Below are positions 30,212 to 40,234 of a DNA stretch of 64,000 nucleotides, piece by piece. The stretch is taken from positions 640,001 through 704,000 of the forward strand of contig CAVZQC010000002.1 in assembly GCA_963777315.1 (NCBI GenBank), read 5' to 3'. How positions within the stretch are numbered: position 1 is the first letter of the stretch; each line of letters begins with the position of its first letter. This DNA comes from Vulcanimicrobiota bacterium. Its GTDB lineage: Bacteria; Vulcanimicrobiota; Vulcanimicrobiia; Vulcanimicrobiales; Vulcanimicrobiaceae. A model generated the notes under the pieces. That model saw only the letters and a program-made list of their open reading frames with translations, did no database searches and had not been told where the DNA came from. The position numbers and the translations under genes are program-made.

Positions 30212-31202
30212 CCGGCTCCTAGTTCTGGGCGAACGCGACGTGCGGGAGTTGCTTGCGATGCGCGAATGCATCGAGGTGATGCAGCGTACCTTTGCAACGC
30301 TGGATGCAGCCGGGCATGTGCAGCCCGTCCGATTGCTCGCGTGGAATTCGCAACGCAGCGGCGCGGTCGCCGCGATGCCCGCATGGATGGCGCAGCCGCC
30401 GGCGATGGGCGCCAAACTCATCAGCGTCTTTCCGCAAAACCGCCGGCGCGGACGAGATTCGCATCAGGGGCTGGTCGCGCTCTACGGCACGGACGACGGA
30501 CGGCTTTTGGCGATTTTGCATGCAGGCGCGATCACGGCAATACGAACCGCAGCCGTGAGCGGACTTGCGACGCGTTTATTGGCCAATCCCGACGCTCGGA
30601 CGCTTGCGGTCATCGGTTCGGGCGTTCAAGCGCGCACGCACCTTTACGCGATGCTCGCGGTGCGCCCGATTGCGTCGGTGCGCGTTTGGAGCCGCAACGC
30701 GGACCACGCGCACGCGTTTGCCTGCGAGCACCAACAGGCGGCCGGCGTTCCCGTGTACGCCGTTGGAAGCGTGCAAGAAGCCGTTGCCGGCGCAGACATA
30801 ATATGCACCGTGACCGCTTCGGCCCAGCCGCTGCTGTCGGGTCAATGGCTGCAAGCCGGCGCGCACGTGAACGCGGCAGGCGCAAGCGTTCCGGGCTTTC
30901 GAGAACTCGACAGCGAGGCGATCGCGCGCGGCCGGTTGTACGTGGACAGCCGCGAGAGCGCGATGGCGGAAGCCGATGAGGTGCGCATCCCGAGCGCGCA
31001 GGGCCTCATCGGCGAAGATCATATCATTGGCACGCTTGCGGAATTGGCCGCTGCAACCTGTGCGGGACGCTCGAGCGCGGAAGACGTGACCATCTTCAAA
31101 TCATGCGGCATGGCCATCGAAGATCTCGCTGCCGCGCACTACGTCTACGAGCGCGCGCTTGCGGCCAAGCGCGGAACGCTCGTGGAATTTAACGCTTCGT
31201 AA
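30201..31202 (+). CDS. Ornithine cyclodeaminase / mu-crystallin family protein
   Basis: GAKLISVFP, ITAIRTAAVS, IGSGVQA, IFKSCGMAIEDLAAA. Confidence 0.93.
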   Translation: MEPSRLLVLGERDVRELLAMRECIEVMQRTFATLDAAGHVQPVRLLAWNSQRSGAVAAMPAWMAQPPAMGAKLISVFPQNRRRGRDSHQGLVALYGTDDGRLLAILHAGAITAIRTAAVSGLATRLLANPDARTLAVIGSGVQARTHLYAMLAVRPIASVRVWSRNADHAHAFACEHQQAAGVPVYAVGSVQEAVAGADIICTVTASAQPLLSGQWLQAGAHVNAAGASVPGFRELDSEAIARGRLYVDSRESAMAEADEVRIPSAQGLIGEDHIIGTLAELAAATCAGRSSAEDVTIFKSCGMAIEDLAAAHYVYERALAAKRGTLVEFNAS

Positions 31203-31205
31203 GAC

Positions 31206-32153
31206 TCACCGCACCGTGACGGTGCCGATCATGCCGGTCGGGCCGTCGTGAAATAGGCAGTAATACGTGTATGTCCCAGGTTTCGTGAAGGTCAGACTGT
31301 AGCTTGCGCCGGGTGCCATCACGCCCGAGTTGGTGAGCGCACTGCCGTCATAGGTCGGTCCACCGGACGGCGGAACTTGGTCGGGCGATCCTGTGGGCGG
31401 CTGCTGTCCCAGCGCCGGAAAGGTCACCGTGTGCGGCGCGTTGTTCGCCTCGTTGGTCCACGTCACGGTCGTGCCGGCCGCAATCGTGATGTTGCTCGAA
31501 GCTCCGGTTTTGTCGTCGAGGAAGCGCACCACCGTGGCTTGCGAGGGTTTTGTGCCGGACAGTCCTGGCGAAATGCCGGCGGCAAGATGCGTTCCGCCGG
31601 CGCCGTACGGGAAGAGCTGCAGCGCGGATGCGCCGGCTTGAAGATCGGTAGAGAGATCGGCCGCCGCGGCCGCCGCGTATTGCGATGCCGACATCGGCAG
31701 CGGGGCGCCTGCGGGAACCACGACGATCGTTCCGCTCATTTCGGGCCGGTGCACGATGCAGTAATATGCGTACGCCCCCGGGTGGGTGAACTGCACGACA
31801 TACGATTTGCCTTTGGTGATGAACCCGGAACTGATGTACGCGCTGCCGTCGAAGACGTTGGCGCCGGCCTGGGCGGGATTAGGGGCGCCGGGCGGCGGCA
31901 TTTGCCCCACCGGCGGGATGGAAACCGTGTGCGGAATGCTCGTGCTATTGGTCCACGAGATCGTATCCCCGGCGTGAATCGTGATCGCGTTCGGATAAAA
32001 GTCCAGCGCTTGAATGGCTTGAGAAGATGCGGAACCGCCGGCTCCGACGCTCCACGTCTGCGGCGCATCCGCCGTGGGAGGCGCACCTGTGCCGCTGCCG
32101 GCTCCTCCGCATGCAACCAGTGCGAAAAGTAAGGCGAGCGCGAGTAGCTTCAT
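31206..32153 (-). CDS. Lipoprotein with two cupredoxin domains
   Basis: GGAGG RBS; lipobox LVAC; PHTVS...YYCIVHRPEM and PHTVT...YYCLFHDGPTGM. Confidence 0.88.
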   Translation of the reverse strand: MKLLALALLFALVACGGAGSGTGAPPTADAPQTWSVGAGGSASSQAIQALDFYPNAITIHAGDTISWTNSTSIPHTVSIPPVGQMPPPGAPNPAQAGANVFDGSAYISSGFITKGKSYVVQFTHPGAYAYYCIVHRPEMSGTIVVVPAGAPLPMSASQYAAAAAADLSTDLQAGASALQLFPYGAGGTHLAAGISPGLSGTKPSQATVVRFLDDKTGASSNITIAAGTTVTWTNEANNAPHTVTFPALGQQPPTGSPDQVPPSGGPTYDGSALTNSGVMAPGASYSLTFTKPGTYTYYCLFHDGPTGMIGTVTVR

Positions 32154-32172
32154 GGAATACCTCCTTGGCTCG

Positions 32173-32218
32173 TGAGACAGATGTCTCATGAAGGGGTATT
32201 CGTGATACTAGAGTATCA
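32173..32218. promoter_or_regulatory. Two palindromic operators, probably TetR sites
   Basis: TGAGACA-ga-TGTCTCA (32173-32188) and TGATACT-ag-AGTATCA (32203-32218), 30 bp apart in the divergent intergenic region. Confidence 0.75.
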
Positions 32219-32226
32219 GGACGGAG

Positions 32227-32814
32227 ATGTCAAGCACATACGAGCACAACGGCCGGACCGCTCAAAAGCAGCGCACGCGGCAATCGCTAATCGATGCGGC
32301 GCGCGAATTGCTGGATGAGGGCGCTACGCCGACAGTGGAACAGGCCGCGGAGCGGGCGCGGCTCTCACGGCCCACCGCGTACCGCTACTTCCGCAGTCAG
32401 TCGGAGCTGCTGCTCGCAGCGCACCCCGAACTCGCAGTCGATTCGCTGCTGCCGCAAAAGGCGCCGGACGATCCGGTGCGCCGGCTCGATGCCGCATCGG
32501 GGGAGTTAATGGGTCTTCTGCTCGAACACGAACGCGCGCTGCGCGCGATGTTCCGCCTTTCGGCCGAAAAAGCGCCGCAAACACCGCCGCCTGCGCTGCG
32601 CAGCGGCAGACGGATCCGATGGGTCGAAGATGCGCTTGCGCCGGTGCGCAAGAAACTGGGGCCGAAGAGATTCCGGCGGTTGGTTTTGCAGATCGGCGCA
32701 ACGCTGGGAATCGAGCCGCTCATGTGGCTCATCGACGTTGCGCACCTGGAGCGGCAGGAAGCGGTAGACATCCTGCGGGCGTCCGCCCGTGAATTGCTGC
32801 GGGCTGCGCTGTGA
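32227..32814 (+). CDS. TetR/AcrR family regulator
   Basis: RTRQSLIDAA...TVEQAAERARLSRPTAYRYF HTH. Confidence 0.93.
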   Translation: MSSTYEHNGRTAQKQRTRQSLIDAARELLDEGATPTVEQAAERARLSRPTAYRYFRSQSELLLAAHPELAVDSLLPQKAPDDPVRRLDAASGELMGLLLEHERALRAMFRLSAEKAPQTPPPALRSGRRIRWVEDALAPVRKKLGPKRFRRLVLQIGATLGIEPLMWLIDVAHLERQEAVDILRASARELLRAAL

Positions 32815-33212
32815 ACGTCGAGCCGGAAGACCTCCGGGCGCTGGAGAACGTCGTAGCGCAACTGGCCCTTGCGTGGAATGACGGCGACGCTGCGCGCTTT
32901 GCCGCCGTGTTCGCGAACAGCGCGGAACAAGTCAATATCTTCGGAGCGCAGATTCACGGGCGCCCGGAGATCGAAGAAAAGCACAACCGCATCTTCAAGA
33001 CGATCTATCAAGGAAGCGCGAACACGCTGCGTCTCGTGAGCGCGCAGGCGATCGCCGACGGCGTGCTGCTCGCGCGCGTCTCCTCGCGTGTAGAAGTGCC
33101 GCGGGGTCCGATGAAAGGCGCGCTGGAAACGATAATTTCGATGCTGCTCAAGCGCGACGGCGGCCGCTGGGAAATTATCCTGTTTCACAACACCAGGGTA
33201 GCCGCGAAGTAG
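32811..33212 (+). CDS. SnoaL/NTF2-like (SgcJ/EcaC, DUF4440) protein
   Basis: AWNDGDAARFAAVF, GRPEI, RWEIILFHNT. Confidence 0.85.
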   Translation: MNVEPEDLRALENVVAQLALAWNDGDAARFAAVFANSAEQVNIFGAQIHGRPEIEEKHNRIFKTIYQGSANTLRLVSAQAIADGVLLARVSSRVEVPRGPMKGALETIISMLLKRDGGRWEIILFHNTRVAAK

Positions 33213-33215
33213 CCC

Positions 33216-33821
33216 ATGCCGCTGCAAAATCGCGTAACGCCTTTCGGTGAAATACTGGCCCTGCACGGGCGCGGCCTGATGATGGGCAACCGCGGCATCC
33301 TGCACGATGACGATCGCCGAATCGTTCGGCAGTGGCAATGCCGCCGCTGGATCGCGTGCGTGCTCAGTTACCGCGGAATACGGCGAACCGTCATGCGTCC
33401 GCATTCGTATACCGAGCTCTTCTTTTTAGACGAAGCCGCCGCGCTCAGTGCCGGTCATCGGCCATGCGCGGAGTGCAGGCGCAACGAGTACGATCGTTTC
33501 AAGGCATTGTGGGAAGCGTGCCGCGGCAGCGCGACGAACGCGGAGGCGATGGACGCCGTACTCGATGCGGAGCGCCGCGCCGGTCGCGCAAAGCGCACGC
33601 ACCGCGCGGATTTCCGTTCGCTGCCGGACGGAACGTACGTCAGCCTCGACGGCAAAGCATGGCTGGTCTGGGCGGGGCGAATGCACGCGTGGTCTGACTC
33701 CGGTTACGCCGAGCATCGCACGTGCCGCTCCGGTGATGTCGTCGTCCTTACGCCGCCGTCGATCGTCGCGGTGTTGTCAGCGGGATATACACCTTTCGTG
33801 CATCCAAGTGCGTTGCCGTGA
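33216..33821 (+). CDS. Conserved hypothetical protein with an Ada-like Cys motif
   Basis: MPLQNRVTPFG, MGNRGILH, FFLDEAAALSAGHRPCAECRR. Confidence 0.82.
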   Translation: MPLQNRVTPFGEILALHGRGLMMGNRGILHDDDRRIVRQWQCRRWIACVLSYRGIRRTVMRPHSYTELFFLDEAAALSAGHRPCAECRRNEYDRFKALWEACRGSATNAEAMDAVLDAERRAGRAKRTHRADFRSLPDGTYVSLDGKAWLVWAGRMHAWSDSGYAEHRTCRSGDVVVLTPPSIVAVLSAGYTPFVHPSALP

Positions 33822-33834
33822 TCGCGCCGCACCG
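33613..33834 (+). repeat. 222-bp direct repeat, copy A (3' end of the hypothetical gene)
   Basis: Ungapped match to 36622-36843; 11 mismatches by manual alignment. Confidence 0.95.
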
Positions 33835-34324
33835 ATGAAGACCCGCGTGGCCGGCGGAAACGATGGCATAACGCTGTCGGTACGATAAACGCGCCCACTG
33901 TGGAATCGAGGACGGCTGCGTTTGCGCCCGGCGGCACGTAGATGGCAAGATCGCAGCCCGAACCGTTAACGTTGAGGTTGGATGCGGGCTTCGTCAAAAT
34001 CATCTTTGCGGACAGACCGGCCGCGTTGGACCCGGTCAACGTGATGCATCCGTTTTGCGAAGTCCCGGCCGAAAGCGGTCGCCGCATCGCGCTCCGCGTC
34101 GCTGCGAACCGCGATTTTCGATTGATTTCGGGCGCAAGCAGCAGCCGTTCCCGCTCGGCGAAAGTCATCCGCCTGCCCGGCCCCGTCGTGTTCGGCAACC
34201 AGGTGTTGGTTTGGGCGCCACTCAAAGGTGTGGTCACCGAGGGTGTGCTGCCGCCTTTAGCGCATCCGGCCAGCGCGCATGCCGCCGCAGCAGCTGCGGC
34301 TATTGGCCAAAACGATTTCGTCAT
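33835..34324 (-). pseudogene. 3'-truncated lipoprotein gene
   Basis: GAGGAG RBS, MTKSFW...LAGC lipobox; protein-like sequence ends near 33890 and the frame runs into the antisense of the repeat. Confidence 0.65.
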
Positions 34325-34630
34325 CGCAGTATCTCCTCGGCTTATTGAGGCCGAACCGTGCGGTAACAGCATGCTACGGTCGTGACGACAGTATATGGCG
34401 GTCACTTTCCAACCACTTTGCGGCCTGTCTACGTTGCCTTGCCGATTTCCGGCCGCTCTTAAACGAACGGCACCGACGGGCACAACTCTCTACGCACTCA
34501 GCTGCTAAGGTTTAATTTGGGGTACTGGTTGGAGGTGTGGTCATCAACGGCGGATACAACTTGGCCGCGGCGATTGTCGAAGCGCTAATTGCCTTCGGTT
34601 GACGCTACGGCACCGATGGGAGGAACGGCC

Positions 34631-35188
34631 ATGTCGAAGGAAGGCGCCGTGATCGGTGTCTCGGATCACGGTGGTTGGGCGGTGTTGGTGACGGTGGCGC
34701 ACGACGGCACGCTGCTCGACCGCCGCCGAGTCGAGCTCGTCGATGAGAATTTGCCAAGTATTCCCTGCCACCACGAAGCGCAGCTGCTGCCGACGGACCA
34801 GGCAGTAGCGCTGGTCGAGCGGGTACGCGTATCGGCGGAGCGACACGCCGTGCTTTCGCTGGACGCCGTTGCGCTCGCCGTCCCGAACGTCCTTGGCGTT
34901 GCCCTTCGAAGCTGTCCGCCGCTTCCGCCGACGATCGCCGAGCGCATCAAGGACTATCGCGCACGAAACGTGGCCGATTGGGTGATGTATCGCAAAGCTC
35001 TCGCCTTCGCAGCCGAGACGCGTGGCTGGCTTGTCTATTGGTACGATGCAAAGACGGTACTTGCGTCGGCGAGGCACCTTGTAGAGCTTCGGAGCGCGGT
35101 CGGGCCGCCATGGAATGCGGATCACAAACTGGCAATGGCGGCTGCCAAGCTTACCGGCCGCAAGCCGGCAATGCGATTGCGCAGTTGA
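34631..35188 (+). CDS. Hypothetical protein
   Basis: GGAGG RBS; MSKEGAVIGVSDHGGWAVLVTV...GPPWNADHKLA. Confidence 0.78.
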   Translation: MSKEGAVIGVSDHGGWAVLVTVAHDGTLLDRRRVELVDENLPSIPCHHEAQLLPTDQAVALVERVRVSAERHAVLSLDAVALAVPNVLGVALRSCPPLPPTIAERIKDYRARNVADWVMYRKALAFAAETRGWLVYWYDAKTVLASARHLVELRSAVGPPWNADHKLAMAAAKLTGRKPAMRLRS

Positions 35189-35214
35189 AATCAAATCGCC
35201 CGAACCTAACGAGA

Positions 35215-35698
35215 TTATCTCAACGCGTTGCGCAACGAACGCCTTAAGTCGTTCATGCCTTGATACACGAAGTTGTCGATCTGCCAGCCCGTGGAACGCC
35301 GGACGGCGACCACGCGCACGACGGCGCTGCCGTTACCGCCGGAAAATCGGATTCGCACCGGAACGACGGCGCTACTCGCGTTACCCGAAGGCGCGAGAAG
35401 CGCGTATGACGACGGTTCGGACTGCGACTCCGCTGAAAGGGTCGAAATCGAGCATTTCCGCGTGCTCTCGGCCCTCCTCCGTTACGAGTTTTTCGAGCGA
35501 AGCATAGAGCGACGGCGTAAAGTACGTGCGGGCGCCGGAAAGTTTGGTCCAATTTCCATGCGTTGACAGATACCAGGTGTAGAAGGCGTTCACGACGGGG
35601 ACGGCTCCGGAGGTTTGCGCGAACGCAATTCGGCCGCTCATCCCAAGGATCGCTACGATCAGCAACGCCATGAGTAAGGGGCCGGCTCGACTAAGCAT
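35215..35698 (-). CDS. Exported DUF3828/YbjP-like protein (one +1 frameshift near 35429)
   Basis: Signal peptide, VNAFYTWYL, LDFDPFSG then +1 frame SQSEPSSY...GWQIDNFVY...LRNALR*. Confidence 0.6.
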
Positions 35699-35716
35699 CG
35701 CCTCAACGATACGACG

Positions 35717-36190
35717 TTAAAGCGTTTCGGGCAAGACGCCAGGTAGGACCGCCCCAGATGGGTTCTCGCTATTCCGGACATTAGCGATCGTGGTTTGCAT
35801 GAGCGCGATTAGCTTGTAGGAAGGCTCGCCGCCTACAAAGGCTCGGACTTCGCCAGTGCAGACGGTAAGCAATTTTCCGGCGCTCGCCACTCTCCCAATT
35901 GCAAGAAAGGTTTCGCCCAGCGCCGGCCGCAGCAAATTGATTTTGAACTCCGCGCTAACCACTTCGTAATCTTGCGGCGCCTTCGTGAGTGCCGCATAGC
36001 CGCAGGCGCTGTCGAGAATGCTGGTAACAGCACCAGCATGCACAAAGCCATGCTGCTGGGAAAGACGCTTGGAGGATGTCAGCGCAATATGCACCTCGCC
36101 TTCTGCGACGAGAACCAGTCTTGCGCCGAGGGTCTCCATCAGCCCTTGCGCGCCGAAGCTGATGGCGATTCGTTGTTGGATATCGATCAT
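35717..36190 (-). CDS. PaaI family thioesterase
   Basis: QQHGFVHAGAVTSILDSACGYAA, EFKINLLRPA. Confidence 0.9.
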   Translation of the reverse strand: MIDIQQRIAISFGAQGLMETLGARLVLVAEGEVHIALTSSKRLSQQHGFVHAGAVTSILDSACGYAALTKAPQDYEVVSAEFKINLLRPALGETFLAIGRVASAGKLLTVCTGEVRAFVGGEPSYKLIALMQTTIANVRNSENPSGAVLPGVLPETL

Positions 36191-36299
36191 GGAGGCTGCG
36201 AACATATCACATCGTTGCGGGCCGGCGCAATCGCACGTGCTGCGCTGGAGCGCCCGGGAAGCGCCCAGCGACGATCACTCGCGACAACTTTGGAGTCGT

Positions 36300-36622
36300 T
36301 TAGGGAAGCATATCCGAAATCTCAATGTGTTTACCGTCTGTTGCCACACTGGCGGCGCCGTTTTTATCACTGCGGTAGATGCGTGCGCCGAAGCGCAAAA
36401 GCGTTTCGATGGTGGACGGCGCCGGGTGACCGAACATGTTGTGCCGGCCGACCGAAATGATCGCATACCGGGGATGCACGGCAGCGATGAAAGCAGAGCT
36501 ACTGCTGTACGCCGATCCGTGATGTCCAACTGTGAGCACGTCAACGCGCAAATCTAGGCCTTCGCTTAGAAAACGCTGTTCCGCGGCAACGCCGGCATCA
36601 CCCGTAAGCAGCATGCCGAACT
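36300..36622 (-). pseudogene. comEC: Start-less second copy of the comEC 3' end (~106 codons, alternative C-terminus)
   Basis: Colinear with 40647-40969; MLLTGDAG...VGHHGS...GHPAPSTIETLLRFG; 41 bp identical core at 36385-36425 = 40732-40772. Confidence 0.93.
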
Positions 36623-36843
36623 CCGTTCGCTGCCGGACGGAACCTACGTTAGCGTCGACGGCAAGGCATGGCTCGTCTGGGCGGGGCGAATGCACGCGTG
36701 GTCTGACTCCGGTTACGGCGAGCATCGCACGCGCCGCTCCGGTGATGTCGTCGTCCTTACGCCGCCGTCGATCGTCGCGGTGTTGTCGGCGGGATATCCA
36801 CCTTTCGTGCATCCCAGTGCGTCGCCGTGATCGCGCCGCACCG
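36622..36843 (+). repeat. 222-bp direct repeat, copy B (start-less 3' fragment of the 33216-33821 gene)
   Basis: ~95% identical to 33613-33834; frame and stop (36828-36830) preserved. Confidence 0.95.
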
Positions 36844-37174
36844 TTTTCCTAGGCGTCGCCTTCGAGACCGCCGGGCCGTCCACATCGCGGCCGCCGTGCT
36901 GCCGCGCCGCATCGGCCACGAGCGCCACTTGCTCGGGGCTGTTGCAGCAAAGCGCGAACCGATTTACATTGGGCACCATCGCCACGTCGGCAACGATGCC
37001 GAAAAACTCATCGTTCGGTGACCAGCCGTCCGCGCGCCAACCGGCTTCGTTCTGGGCAAAGAGCGGGTACGTTTGCCGGCGGAACCCTAGCACGGCGAGT
37101 ACGGCATCGTAGAATCGCGCCGAACGTTCGAGATCACGTACGCGCACGTCGATGTGGCTGAAAAGCCGCGGCAT
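36844..37174 (-). pseudogene. 3'-truncated VOC/glyoxalase family gene
   Basis: FSHIDVRVRDLERSARFYDAVL...GGRDVDGP; lacks the final F-x-D-P-x-G-N strand and has no stop before the repeat. Confidence 0.8.
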
Positions 37175-37405
37175 GGTCCAGTCTTCGTCGGGGGTGCGTG
37201 GCGCTCCATGTCGCGTTCTTACGCCGGAACACGCACGCATGTTGAGCAGGTAGCGGCGATTCTGCGCCCTCTGCTACGTCGCCTGAATTTCCCGCTGGTT
37301 GATCGCGTCATTCACGCCATGATTGGCAATAAGGCGCTCGCTAGGGTTTGCCGGCTCGGAACTTCGCCGGCGGAGCGAGACGTCCCCGACGCGAAATTGT
37401 GGCGC

Positions 37406-40208
37406 GTGGCGACTCGCGTGAAATCGGGAACGCCCTCTTCCCTCCGTCCTAGCGGCACGGTCACTTTCTTGTTTTCCGATATCGAAGGCAGCACGGAACG
37501 CTGGGACCGCGATCGCGATGCGATGAGTGGTGCGGTCGCGCGGCACGATGCCCTGATGCGCGCAACGCTCGAGGCGCACGGCGGTTACATCTTCAAAACC
37601 ATGGGCGACGAATTCTGCGCCGCTTTTTTCACTGTGCCCGACGCCATCGGAGCGGCGCTTCAAGCACAGCGCGCGCTTGACGCGCAAGATTTCTCGGCCG
37701 TTGCGGGGTTGCGCGTCCGCATGGCGCTGCATACCGGAACCGCCGACGAACGCGACGGCGACTACTTCGGGCCCACGGTGAACCGCGTGGCGCGCCTGCT
37801 GGCAATCGGCCACGGCGGTCAAGTGTTGGTCTCCGGCACCGCCGCGGATGTGCTTGGCACCGAGATGCCGCAAGAAGGCGCCTTACGCGATTTGGGCCGG
37901 CATCGACTCAAAGATCTTTCGCGTCCCGAACGGGTCTGGCAGCTCGTGGCGCCCGATTTACCGCAATCATTTCCGGCGGTGCGCTCGCTCGACCATGTGT
38001 CGAACAATCTGCCGGCGCAGCTGACGACATTCGTGGGACGCGGCCAAGTCATCGCGGCAATCAAGACCTTGACCGAGCAACATCGGCTTGTGACGTTAAC
38101 CGGCACGGGCGGCGTTGGTAAAACGCGGTGCGCAGTTCAGATTGGTGCCGAGCTCCTCGACCAATTCGGCGACGGCGTGTGGCTGGCGGAGCTCGCACCA
38201 ATCTCCGATCCGGCGCTCGTAACAAGCGTGGCTGCGCGAGCGCTGAACCTTGAGGAGCAACCGAACCGCCCACTGATTGAGACACTGCTCACGTATCTGA
38301 AGCGCAAACGCTTGTTGCTCATTCTCGACAATTGCGAGCATGTTATTGACGAAGCGCGGCGCCTCTCGGGTGCCATCCTGCGCGGTTGCCCCGAGGTGCG
38401 GGTCATCGCGACCAGCCGCGAGCCTTTGAATATCTCCGGCGAAGCGACGTATCGCATGCCGTCGCTCGAGGTTCCGTCCGACACGCGCATGCCTGACGCG
38501 GAAGGCTTGACGCAGTACGGGGCCACTCAGCTGTTCGTCGATCGTGCGCAGCTTAGCAACAGTCGGTTCGCGTTGACACCGGAGAATGCAATCCATGTGG
38601 CGGAGATCTGCCGGCGGCTCGATGGGATCCCTCTAGCGATAGAATTCAGCTGCAGCGCGAATAAAAGTGCTCTCGCCAAAGGAGCTGGCACGCAGGCTCG
38701 ACGAGCGCTTCCGCCTGCTCACGGACGGAAACCGCACTGCGTTGCCGCGTCAACGCACCATGCGCGCGCTCATCGACTGGAGCTACGATCTGCTGTCCGA
38801 CGACGAACGCATGCTGTTCAGAAGGCTTTCGATTTTCGCCGGCGGCTTCACCATCGAAAGCGCCGCTGCGGTATGCGCCGCCGGCGCGATTGACGAGATG
38901 GCCTTGCTCGAACCGCTCGCGTCGTTGGTCGACAAATCCCTCGTACAAGCCGATGCTGCTGCGGAAGGGACGCGCTACCGGCTCTTGGAGTCGACACGCG
39001 AGTACGCGCGTGAGAAGCTGACGGAGCGCGGGGAATATTCGGCGGCTGCGCACGCGCACGCGCGTGCGTTCCTTGCGCTTGCGGAGAAGCTGGACCGGCT
39101 GGACGATACGACTGCGGATCGCACGTGGATCGCGCAAGCCAAGCCGGAGATGGAAAACTGGCGCGCCGCGTTAGGCTGGTCGCTCGGTTTACGCGGCGAC
39201 GTCGCGCTGGGACAGCGTCTTGCCGGTACGATGCGATGCATGTGGCTCTACCTAGCGGCAAGCGAAGGCCGCCGCTGGATTGCGTCCGCGCTTGACACAT
39301 CCGACCATACGACGTCTGCTGGCGTAGTCGCAAGATTACAGCTTGCCGAGGCGCAGCTGTGTGCGGGCCTCGTGCAGCACAAAGCCTCGGGCGATGCGGC
39401 ACAGCGCGCGCTCGAACGACTGCAGGAGTCCAATGACTCCGACGTCGTGGAAGCGCAGCGGTTGGTGGGCCGCGCCGGCCTCCTTCTCGGACACGGCGCC
39501 GAAGGCGAAGTACTCCTACGCGAGGCGCTGGCGGGCGCTGAAAAATTCGGGATGCACAAAGCGAGAGCGAGAATCCTAAAAGATCTTGCGATGGCGCGAT
39601 TGACCGCAGGGGACCTGGACGCGGCCCGAGCGTTATTCAACGATGCGCGCACACTTGCTCGCGCGTTGGGCGCGGATCAGCTGACGGGATTCGTTGCGAT
39701 CCACTCGGCCGAGCTGGAGTTTGAGCGCGGTGACGCCTCAGCGGCTGCGCAGCTCGCGAGCGAGGCACTCGCAGCATCGCGCTCGCAAAATGATCCGCGA
39801 CGCGCTACTAACGCACTTTTGAACCTGAGTGCCTATCTGGTAGCCCTGGGACGCTATGAAGAGGGTCGCAATCGGGCGTGGGACGCGCTTACGTTAGGTC
39901 GCGATCTCCAGGGCGGCGTTCTTACGGCATTTGCTCTACAGCATCTTGCAGCGGGCGCGCTGTTTCGCGCCGCGGACGAAGGCAGTCCCCCAATCGAATC
40001 CAGCGCGCGAGCGGCGCGCTTGGCGGGTTATATTGATAGGCAGCTCCATGCACTGGAGGCCGTGCGCGAATACACCGAGCAGCAAGAGTACGACAAGATG
40101 GTCGCCGCCTTGCGCGCTGCGCTTGGCGAAGAAGAACTGGGAAAGCTGATGTCCGAAGGCGCCGCATGGCTTGAGGATCGCGCCGTCGCCGAGGCTCTGC
40201 TCATCTGA
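37406..40208 (+). CDS. Class III adenylate/guanylate cyclase + STAND-type ATPase + TPR protein (one +1 frameshift near 38647)
   Basis: TFLFSDIEGST, KTMGDEF, DYFGPTVNRVAR; GTGGVGKT, LDNCEH, LDGIPLAIE|AAAR; helical repeats; start uncertain. Confidence 0.9.
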
Positions 40209-40234
40209 GGCTTCCAGCGGTAACACCAGGCCGG

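Noticed and set aside
36300..36812. 170-aa ORF as a novel fusion gene
   Set aside because: It is the antisense of repeat copy B read into the comEC fragment, with no evident RBS; treated as a junction by-product.
33613..36843. Repeat pair as a diversity-generating retroelement TR/VR
   Set aside because: Mismatches are not adenine-specific on either strand and no reverse transcriptase is present.
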